Assembly (NCBI RefSeq): GCF_006345805.1
Contig: NC_043013.1
Coordinates: forward strand, 36,518,001-36,582,000
Direction: 5' to 3'
DNA length: 64,000 nt
DNA from: Octopus sinensis
Taxonomy: Eukaryota
The notes beneath the pieces were generated by a model. It ran no database searches, was not told the DNA's origin, and saw only the letters and a program-made list of their open reading frames with translations. Every line of letters starts with the position of its first letter. Position 1 is the first letter of the stretch. Shown here piece after piece: positions 52,801-64,000 of this stretch. A program made the translations under genes and the position numbers.

Positions 52801-53749
52801 TGTCAAAGTAGCCGAAGAAAATCTTTATCTTTCACTCGTTCCAAGCATTAGACTACAACCATGCTGGAACACCGGCTGGCAGAGACTTTAATTGAGTGAA
52901 TTGGCCCAAGTACATTTTTTTAAAACCTGGTACTTATTTTATTAGTGTCTTTTGTTGAAGCACTAAGTAATAGAGATGTAAACAAACCAACACTGGTTGT
53001 CAAGCGCTGGTGGGAGACAAACACACACACACATGCATGCATGCATGCATGAACACACACATACATTTATGACAGGCTTCTTTCAGTTTCTGTCAACTAA
53101 ATCAATTCACAATGCTTTGGTTGGTCCAAGGCTACAGAAGAGTACTTGAACAAGGTGCCATGCAGTGGAACTGAACCAGGACCCACGTGGTTGAGCAGCA
53201 AACGTCTTACCACATACACCTGTACAACACAGCTTGACCAAAAACAAAAACATGAGGCACGGCTGGGTGGTAAGAAGCTTGCTTCGAACCCCCAAGGTTT
53301 TGGGTTCAGTCCCACTGCTTGGCACATTGGGCAAGTGTTTCTATTATAGCCTCAGACTGAACAAAGTCTTGTAAGTGGATTTGGTAGACAGAAACTTCCT
53401 GTCTATGCCTAGTACCTATAAGCCTAGTACTTATACTATCGGTCTTTTTGCCGAACCGCTAAGTTACGGGGATGTAAACACACCACCATCGCTTGTCAAG
53501 TGATGTTGGGGGGACAAACACAGGCACACACACACACACACACAACACACACACATACACACACACATACATATACATACATATACATATATACAACAGG
53601 CTTCTTTCAGTTTCTGCCTACCAAATCCACTCACAAGGCTTTGGTCGGCCCAAGGCTAAAGTAGAAGACACTTGCCCAAAGTGCCATGCAGTGGGACTGA
53701 ACCCGGAACCATGTGGTTGGTAAGCAAGCTACTTACCACACAGCCCTCC

Positions 53750-53792
<43 letters not shown>

Positions 53793-54369
53793 TTATGTAT
53801 ATGTTTTTGTGTCTGTGTTTCCCCCTACTACCATCGCTTGACAACCAATGCTGGTATGTTTATGTCCCTGTAACTTAGCAGTTCAGTAACACAGTCAATA
53901 GAATAAGTACTAGGCTTGCACAGAATAAGTCCTAGTGTTGATTTGTTTGACTAAAGGCAGTGCTCCAGCATGGGTGCAGTCAAAATGACTGGAACAAGTA
54001 AAAGAATATGTGTTTAATTAGTATGACAGATGACTTTAATATGTGAGATTAGAAGATGATGTCAGAATCAGAGAGCTATTCATATGGCCGAAGATATTTC
54101 TGTCATTTTTTCTGGAATTCCTTGTTAGCCAAGTATGATGTCAACATCACCATCAACATCATCATCTTAATCTCCTCCTCCTTCACCACCACCGCCACCA
54201 CCACCACCACCTGTGAAGTCTTGAAGCATGGGTTGACTGGGCAGGTGTCCAGAGTCCCACGAGTCACGGGAGCCCAATGCTAATTTATGAATGCGATGGC
54301 TGTGCAAGTAGGAGCCCCACTGCATTGCTTTTAAAATAGCCATGACCACCGCCACAACTATTGCAGCTA

Positions 54370-54648
54370 TTTTGAATCATTCTTAACCTCATACTTACCA
54401 TTGTCATCATCATCATCACCACCACTGTTGTCTTTGTCATCATCATCATCATCTTCATCATCATCATCCACATCGTCATCATCGTCACTGCCATCATCGT
54501 CATCATCATCATCGTCGTCATCATCGTCATCATCATCATAACCATCATCATCATCATCATCATCATCATCCTCATCAACATCCTTCTCACCATCATCATC
54601 ATCGTCGTCGTCATCACCATCATCATCATCATCATTATCATCATCATC

Positions 54649-54680
<32 letters not shown>

Positions 54681-55175
54681 TGTCATCATCATCGTCCTTG
54701 TCATCATCCTCATCATCATCGTCACTGCCATCATCATCATCATCATCATCGTTGTTGTCGTCATCACCGTCATCATTGCTGTCGTCATTTTTATCATCAT
54801 GAACATCGTTTTTATCATCATGAGGATAACAATGAACTGTATGACTGCGGGGGGGGGGGGCATCACGAAGGATTCTATGTGAAACGAAAGCATCTAACAA
54901 TGTGAAAGGGAGGAGCAATGATAGGAACTGATGAAATGAAAGGTTTGAGAAGACTGGAACCATAGACTAATATGAAGGATGGTAGATGTCAGGGTTAAAA
55001 ATATAGAGTCAGGGTTGACAACAACAGCAACAATAACAACAACTGATAACAATGATAATGATGATGATAATGAAAGGGATGGCAATGATGATGATGATGA
55101 TGATGATGAAGGGGATGATTAGAGAAGGCAAAGATGAAGATGGAAAGGAAATAATGATGTTCATAATGATGATGT

Positions 55176-55207
<32 letters not shown>

Positions 55208-55329
55208 TTGATGATGATGATGGTGGTGGTGGTGGTGGTGGTGGTGATGGTGGTGGCAGCAGTGGTGGTGGTTGGGGTGGGGTGGTGGTCTGGTGGTGGT
55301 AGTGATGATGATTGAGGTGGTGGTGGTGG

Positions 55330-55369
<40 letters not shown>

Positions 55370-55704
55370 GGGGATGATTAGAGAAGGCAAAGACGAAGAA
55401 GAAAAGGAAAATGATGATGATTGTAAGTGACATGATGGTGACAGCAATGACAATGATGACGATGACAACCACAATAATGATGATGATGATGGCAATGACA
55501 ATAACGATGATGATAATAAGGATGTTGAACACTCTGCTGTTACTGCTGCTGGTGATGATCACGACAATGACAACAATGATGGTACTGATGGTGATGATGA
55601 TGACAGCGATTATGATATAGTTGACAATGACAATGAAGACCATAAACATATGAACATACTGACCATGATGATGATGATGATGATGATGTTGATGATGGTG
55701 GTGG

Positions 55705-55740
<36 letters not shown>

Positions 55741-56000
55741 CGACAATAATGGCAGTCATGATGGTGATGATGGTGGTGGTGGTGGTGGTGGTGGTGGTGG
55801 TGGTGGTGGTGATCATCATCATCATCATGACGATAATGGCAGTCATGATGATGATGATGATGATGATGATGATAATGATGATGATGATGATGGTGGTGAT
55901 GATGATGATGACAATAATGCCAATCATGATGATGATGATGATGAGGATGACGTTGATGGTGATGATGATGATGATGATGATGATAGTGAAACTGATGTTG
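54370..56000. repeat. Long (CAT)n/(GAT)n/(GGT)n compound microsatellite field
   Basis: Seen directly; source of the poly-D/M/H/I ORFs. Confidence 0.95.
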
Positions 56001-57592
56001 ATGACTAATCATATTCATCTTAACAGGTGATAGTACTCACCTAGTTATTATCAGTTATCCTTCTTCACCCTCCATTTATCCATTTAACCACTGCCCTCTC
56101 AGCCCCACCCCATCCAAACCGCACCCCATTCACTCTCTCATCTTTCCCCTTTCATTCGTCCGTCCAAAACTCTCTCCATCCATCCCTCCATCAATCCATC
56201 CATCCATCCATCCATCCATCCATCCATCCATCCATCCATTCATCCATCCGTCTATCCTTATATCCTATTTATCATCCAGCATTGTGAAGCGCCTACTGTA
56301 TGAGGAAAGCTGCCCAACGTCACCATCGCTGCTGCCACCACCATTACCACCACCACTACAGCTGCCACCGCTGCCGCCACCACCACTGCTGCTGCCACCA
56401 CCACTGCCACCACTGCACTCAGAGGCAGACAGATCTCAGTCGGCTTTTCTCCATCCAACCCACCACCACCACCACCACCACCACCACCATCACTCATTTA
56501 CTTTTTCTTTACCTACATCGCAGATGAATCTATACTGATACATACGTACAGCACATATGCATGCATGCATGCATGCATACATACTTACATAGGATAGATG
56601 CAGGCATATGCACGCATATCCTTGCATTCTTACATTCCGACATGCCTACATGCATACGTGCCAGCTAAATTCTTCATCTAATCAGGCAGTCAGGGAATGA
56701 ATAAGCGACAGACAGAGGGACAGGCAGACAGGCAGACAGACAGGAGGACAGACTGACAGAAGGACAGATGGGCGGACAGACAGGCGGATACATGGACGGA
56801 TGGACAGAGAGGTAGAGAGAGATAGAGACAGACAGATAGGCAGATAGACAGGCAGCTGGACAGACAGATAGATGTCTCTAAAATAATCTGCTAGCCAATG
56901 AGCAGCCTCATAAACTGACCAAGAAGCAAATTGTCTGAATACCTGTAAGGAAATAACACCTCTGTCTAGGAGATTTATATGTATATGCATTATATATATG
57001 CATGCGTGTGTGTGTGTGTGTGTGTGTGTTTGTGAGTGTGTGTGAGTGTGTGTCTGTGTACATATATATGAATGCATATATAGTGTATGTCTCCATCTAT
57101 CAATATATATATATATGTACATATATATATATACTCACACATACACACACACACATATGTATATATAGACATACATATAGATATACACATACATATATTT
57201 ATAGGTAATATATGTGTGCGGGTGTGTATATATTATGTATATATATATATATATATATAATATATATATTGATATATTATATATAATATATATATATATA
57301 TGTATATATATGTATATAATAAGGAAAAAAGTCAAGGTAGAAAATGCTAAAATAATTTTATAAAAAGCATTTCAGTTCTGGTTTCAGTCATTGAGACTTT
57401 TTCAACTCTATTTATGGAAAACAACAAAATTTTGGCAAAATTAGCAGAAAAGTTTTATAAAAGAATATTTGCATATTATTCAAATACAAGGGGCATTTTC
57501 CTTGTTTCTGCCTGTCCCTGTCTCTCTTGTTTACTCTTGTGGGTTCGAGGTCATTGTGTATATATACATATGTATATACATATGTATATATA

Positions 57593-57804
57593 CAACAGGG
57601 TGATGAAAAGTTCATGGCTTTGGGTAAAAGAAAATACAGAAGGTCCAATCAATTAAGATTTTATCCAACATATTCACCTTTCAGATTTATCCATACACCT
57701 TTTGCAGTGGTCCTTCAGTTTTTCTAGGTCCTGTAAAAGAACTCGGTAGGTTGGGCCTCTTTTTGTAACACCCTTAAACCCAGGATCTTTTCAGCATCCC
57801 CTTG
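57593..57804. mobile_element. ~210-bp mariner-derived MITE
   Basis: TA-flanked imperfect TIRs (caacagggtgatgaaaagttcatgg / reverse complement caaggggatgctgaaaagatcctgg). Minus strand retains the transposase tail LEKLKDHCKRC..LKGEYVG*. Confidence 0.8.
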
Positions 57805-58263
57805 TATGCATGAATATGTACATGTATACATATGTATATGTATATATCTTTTATCTTCTATTTGTTTCAATCATTAGACTATGGCCATGCTGGGGCACTA
57901 TCTTGAATTTTATGTCAATGATTCAACCCCAGTACTTTTTTTTAAAGCTTAATAAGCATTCTGTTGATCTGTTTTGCTGAACTGCTATGTAAACACATCA
58001 ACAACGATGGTCAAGCAGTGGTAGTGGACAAACAGACAGAACACACACACATACACATACACACACCAACACATACACAGATATATACAATGCACTCCTT
58101 TGAGTTGACATCAACCAAATCCACTCACAAGGTTTTGGTCAGCCCGTGGCTATAGCAGAAGACACTTGCCCTAGGTGCCACGCAGTGGGACTGAATCCAG
58201 AACCATGTGGTTCAGAAGTAGACTTTTTACCACGCAAATACACATGTATTTATATGCATATAT

Positions 58264-58322
<59 letters not shown>

Positions 58323-58559
58323 ACTGGTTTCTTCATAGCTTTTGTCTATCAAATATCCATCCACTTACAAGACATTGGTCAACTCAAGGCCATAGAAGGA
58401 AAGTCTCGTTCAAAGAACCACATACTGGAATTGAACCTAAAACTGTGTGGCTGTGCAGTGTACTTCATAACCCTAATGCCATGACCTCAACCTATTTATC
58501 TATCTAACTGTCTAGCTAGTTATCTATCTATCTGTCTGTTTGTCTGCCTGTCTGTCTGT

Positions 58560-58607
<48 letters not shown>

Positions 58608-59419
58608 ACATATATAAACATATGTAGAAATGAGGTACTCAGAAATTTGGATGGTTTATATTTACAGATATTTATTTGTATATTACATTTTTTATACATC
58701 ATATAACTTAGATCATGTATTAGCGCTTTCTCCCATTGTAGTGGGGTTTTCAAATCGAACTAAGTTCCTGTGAAAAAGTTTTGACCATTTTATAGTGTTA
58801 TTGATTGTGTAGTGGTGGGGAGGGACATAAGGCAGTACAAGAGGGTGATGAATGGGGAGAAAGTGAGAGAGAGCATGTGTGTGTGCGTGTGTGTGTGTGT
58901 GTTTTTATATCTGGAGGGAGTGTTCAAAAAGAAGAAGAAAAGGAAGGAAGGGGAGGGAAGGTAGACCATAAATTATATTTCCTTTTATCATTTTCTTGTG
59001 AGAGAGTGCGTGTGTGTGTGTGTGTGCGCGTGTGTTTATGGAGGAATGGTCAAGTTGTTAAGGGTAATCAGTGCCACTTTTGTTTTTATTTATTTGCAAC
59101 TGTAAATAGTTATTGGTTTTTAGAAAAGAAGACTTGTCTGGAATTCTTTTTATTATTGTTTTGTGGAGGTGTGTGTGTTACAGATGACAGAATACAAACT
59201 GACAACCACTGAGTCTGTTGTCTGATCTTCAATTGATTTAGTCTAATATCTCACTGATTGACAGTTAAATAAATATTAAGTTTTATTATACAGGAGCAAC
59301 TGGTTCCACAAATTAAAGTAAAATGGTTTCATTCAAATATTAGAATATCCTTTGTTCAATGTTGTATTTTCAAAAACCAAAACATATGTGTAGAACTGCG
59401 TGTGTGTGTTTAAGACAGT

Positions 59420-59690
59420 TTACATAACAAATTTGGTCCGTCATCTTGTACAGCTTATTATAGAGATATTTTCAGCCATTAAACTTGGGGGTGAACTTAG
59501 TTATGAAATATTTTTCCATATTCCTCCTGAAGGAGGTTTCATTCTTTGGACATTTGTAGAAGGGAAAGATCTTAAATTTTCCTTCTCCACATGTATCTAG
59601 GTGTTATCTCAGTGGTTACTGCAGATCCCACATCTACCATCTCCGCACTCTTTTACAAAGAATTCAGTTTTAGTTTTTGATGAGAATTTC
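59420..59690 (-). mobile_element. Penelope-like relic: Cys motif fused to the GIY-YIG C-terminus (internal deletion)
   Basis: KECGDGRCGICS (~59655-59620) then FYKCPKNETSFRRNMEKYFITKFTPKFNG (59561-59475). Confidence 0.65.
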
Positions 59691-60352
59691 GCTCTTGTTA
59701 GATATTTCTTTAGGTTTTTGTCTTGTCGTCTTATTCTACTTATTCTATCGGTCTCTTTTGCCGAACTGCTAAGTTACAGGTACATAAACACACCAGCATC
59801 GGTTGTCAACCGATGTTGGGAGGAACTAACACAGACACACAAATACATGCACACACACATACAGATATATATATATATATATATATATCTATATACATAT
59901 TTACAACGGGCTTCTTTCAGTTTTCGTCTACCAAATCCACTCACAAGGTTTTGGTCAGCCCGAGGCTATAGTAGAAGACATTTGCCCAAGGTGTCACACA
60001 GTGGGACTGAACACGGAACCATGTGGTTTGTAAGCCAGCTACTTACCACACAGCCACTCCTATGCTTATATGTGCATATATCTCTTTTACCTTCTGTGCT
60101 TGTATATGTATTCCTTTTATGTGTTGAAGGCCAGGGTATTATTTGTATACGAGGAAATGTATAGAAGCGAGAGTTGATATAAAGTCGTTGGTCCAGATTT
60201 GATGTTTGTTCCCTAATCAATGACATTTTTGTCTCTGTCACAATTTCACTTGAGCACTTCTTTTTTGCAGCCCTATATATAATTTTTTTTTTGTTTCCAT
60301 AAAAAGAAATGAAAATTATTTCTTGTATATATATATATATATATATATATAA

Positions 60353-60545
60353 GGTGTAGGAGTGGCTGTGTGGTAAGTAGCTTGCTTACAAACCACATGG
60401 TTCCGGGTTCAGTCCCACTGTGTGGCACCTTGGGCAAGTATCTTCTACGATAGCCTCGGGTCGACCAAAGCGTTGTGAGTGGATTTGTTAGACGGAAACT
60501 GAAAGAAGCCCGTCATTAATATGTGTATATATATATATGTGTGTG

Positions 60546-60590
<45 letters not shown>

Positions 60591-60800
60591 TTGTGTGTCT
60601 GTGTTTGTCCGCAAACATTGCTTGACAACTGATGCTGGTGTGTTTCCATCCCCGTAACTTAGCGGTTTGGCAAAAGAGACTGATAGAATATGTACTAGGC
60701 TTACAAAGAATTAGTCCTGGGGTCGATTTGCTCGACTAAAGGCGGTGCTCCAGCATGGCCACAGTCAAATGACTGAAACAAGTAAAAGAGTAAAGAGTAA
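60353..60800 (+). mobile_element. CORE-type SINE, full length, well preserved
   Basis: Same family as 28281. Confidence 0.9.
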
Positions 60801-62861
60801 TATATATATATATATATATATATATAGATGGAACAAAAACGTAATAGAGGCCATTAAAACATTTGGACAGATAGACAACACAAAGGTGGACAAGAGAAAC
60901 AACAATTAGAAGGACAGGCAAAAAAAGACGGGTCATTCTTGGCTTTCTTTTTTCAGCCAAGTACCAGAAGTCATGACCATTTTGGACAGTTACACTTGAG
61001 ATCGTTCGATCTGGTTGTCCTCAAAAAAGTCTAAGCTAAGATCATTAGACCCCTTTATAAGACATCTAGCGAATGTGTACGGCAAGAAAGACAAAAAAAC
61101 AAACAAAACAAAAAAAAAACAGAGAACATGGTAATCTCAGGGTTGACCTGGGGTTAAGCAGCAACAACAGTGAAAGTGACAACAGCAGCAACAACAAGAT
61201 CACTATGTGTATGTCTTCATCAACATGAAAACTGACATAACTTTCTTTTACTTAGGCGTGGCTGTGTGGTAAGAAGCTTGCTTCCCAAAGGCAGTGAGTT
61301 GGCAGAAATGTTAGCACGCTGGGCAAAATGCTTAGTAGTATTTCATCTGTCTTTATATTCTGAGTTCAAATTCTGCCAAGTTCAACTTTACCTTTCATCG
61401 TTTTGGGGTCGATAAATTCAGTACTAGTTGTGTACTGGGGTTGATCTAATCGACTGGCCCCTTTCTGAAAAAGAATTTTGTGCCTTGTGCCTAGAATAGA
61501 AAAGAAGCTTGCTTCCCAACCACATGGTTTGGGGTTCAGTCCCACTGCGTGGCACCTTGGGCAAGTGTCTTCTACTTATAGCCTCAGCCTTGAGAGTAGA
61601 TTCAATACATGGAAACTGAAATAAGCTCGTGACATGTGTATGTTTGTGTGTGTGTGTGTGTGTGTTGTGTGTGTGTGTGTGTGTGTGTGTGTGAGTGTGT
61701 GTGAGTGTGTATGTGTCTGTGAATGTGTTTGCCCTCCACCGCTGCTTGACTACTGGTGTTGGTGCATTTACGTTCCCATAACTTAGCAGTTCAGCAAATG
61801 ACACTGATACAATAAGTACCAGGCTGAGCAAAAACAAAATAATGGAATTGATTGGTTCATCCAGAAATTCTTTAAGGTGGTGCTGCAGCATGGCCACAGT
61901 CGAATGACTGAAACAAGCAAAAGATAAAAGATAAATGATACAGACCAGTATGAGGCTTACGTCTAGAACAGCCGTGAAGTCCTTCAAACCAACTATTATG
62001 ATAAGGGGCTGGAGCACCCTATCATGTGTATTGGCCTCAAGTCCTGAATTCCTGAATATTTGTAAGTTGGTAAAAGAACAACTAAGAATGCCATGTCATA
62101 TATCCTGCTCTGAGAATTGCCCATAATGAATGCCACAACTTCTCTAACAACGGGTAATGTAAACAAACTTACACCCTTGAACCTTGCCACACATATACAT
62201 ACCCACACTCATGCCCAAACACAAAAAAAAACCCCCTGTAAAAATACAATTCAGATTTCCCCATCATGTCTGTCTTGCTCTCTCAGTCTCTGTGTCTATC
62301 TTTCCTCTCCTCCTCTCTCTCACAGTCCCCCGCTCTGTCTCTTCCTCTGTTCCTTTCTCTTTTTCTCTATCTCTTTTTTCCACCATGTCTCTTACTCTGC
62401 CTGTCTCTCACTCCCCTCATCTGTCGGTCTCTTTCTCTCTCTTTCACTCGCTCCTCTGCCAGTCTTCGTTTTTTTTTTTTATTTTCCTTCCCAATATTTT
62501 GGTCTAGGTTGAATTCTCTCCCTTCCCTTCGGTTTAGTTCTGGAGTAAGTAAGAAAACCTACGCATGTACGTGTGTGCATGCATATATGCATATATGGAT
62601 GTACATACATACATACACATATACATACATAAACATATATACACACACATATATGCACATGTACACTCATATGTATATATGATACGTAAACATTATATAT
62701 ATATATATCTATATATATAACACATATACATATATGCATGATGATATATAAAATAAAATAATATATGTATGTATATATGGTATATATATTATAATATTGT
62801 ATGTGTGTGTTTGTGTGTGTGTGTACATATATATCTATATCTATCTATCTATCTATCTATA

Positions 62862-62918
<57 letters not shown>

Positions 62919-62984
62919 TATAATATATATACATATATATATACAATATATATTAAATACATATATATATACATATATATATAC

Positions 62985-63023
<39 letters not shown>

Positions 63024-63246
63024 GATCTCTGAACTAAAATTTATATTATTAAAAATTTTTAAGAATAATAAATTAAACTGATTAGAACTACCATAAAGCT
63101 ATTCTTTTTCTTTTTTCAAATATACCTAAGTGTACCAAGGATCTCAGACATTTTCCAATACATACATACATACATATATATATATTATATATATATTAGA
63201 TACATATATATATATAAATATAAATATATATATTTATTTATTGCTA

Positions 63247-63338
<92 letters not shown>

Positions 63339-63893
63339 GCATACATGTTGTGAAGGGTGGATGTATATATATATTTATACACACACACACACACCTACAC
63401 ACGTACTGTATACACCGTATATTCTATATATACTGTCATCTGTCAACTGCAACATTCCTTTTCCAGCATCAACCTACCCACCCATCCCGCAGCCTCCCTC
63501 TCCGCTCACCGTATCCTCCACCGAAAACCTCGAGCCCCACCCCACCCCGCCAACCACTCTCCACCCTGCTATTACAACAACAGAGTTGCAGTAGCCTGCA
63601 TTTTTGTCTGGAGAGGTTCACCCAAAGAGTTAGCTATCTAATGATAAACAAAAACCCGTAGCTGCCTACTGAATTCCTTGAAAATGTACATTTTTGTTCG
63701 TTTCATTGAAAGCTTAGCAGTGGGACCGGTGCGGGGGAGGGTGGGGGAGGGTGCGACAGCGGCGGCTGCGACGGCGGGGGAGAACTGGATGGAGAGGAGA
63801 GGAGAGGAGAGAAGAGGGCTGTACAGACGCACACATGCGCGCACATGCACCCATATGCTGGAGACATGCATACATGCATCACATTACAATTTT

Positions 63894-63993
63894 NNNNNNN
63901 NNNNNNNNNNNNNNNNNNNNNNNNNNNNNNNNNNNNNNNNNNNNNNNNNNNNNNNNNNNNNNNNNNNNNNNNNNNNNNNNNNNNNNNNNNNNN
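63894..63993. other. 100-N assembly gap
   Basis: Run of exactly 100 Ns, probably a placeholder of unknown true size. Confidence 1.
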
Positions 63994-64000
63994 CTACATT

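Noticed and set aside
54285-56030. Long poly-Asp, poly-His and poly-Met ORFs (168-285 aa)
   Set aside because: They are translations of (GAT/CAT/GGT)n microsatellites open in several frames on both strands, with no complex domain or splice support.

Overview
Animal genomic DNA: AT-rich, saturated with microsatellites, and carrying SINE, LINE and DNA-transposon families typical of Octopus (taxon inferred from recalled repeat families, not a search). Almost all ORFs in the supplied track are translations of microsatellites or SINEs. Recognisable content: many CORE-type tRNA-derived SINEs, a second SINE family, RTE-tailed repeats, RTE and R4/Dong-like LINE relics, four Penelope-like GIY-YIG relics, several Tc1/mariner elements, MITEs and a ~120-bp satellite. 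One candidate spliced minus-strand gene (4 exons, 30.6-32.1 kb) has no recognisable homolog. Best leads: (1) a ~330-bp palindrome at 18.08-18.41 kb with a canonical minimal hammerhead ribozyme in each arm; (2) two tandem hammerhead-like motifs 230 nt apart at 35.1-35.35 kb; (3) the spliced ORF, whose upstream exon has an in-frame TAG; (4) a Dong-like LINE with its own 3' end inserted into its RT, flanked by a 7-bp TSD; (5) a phage-integrase-like tyrosine recombinase relic. All calls were made by eye, with no database searches.
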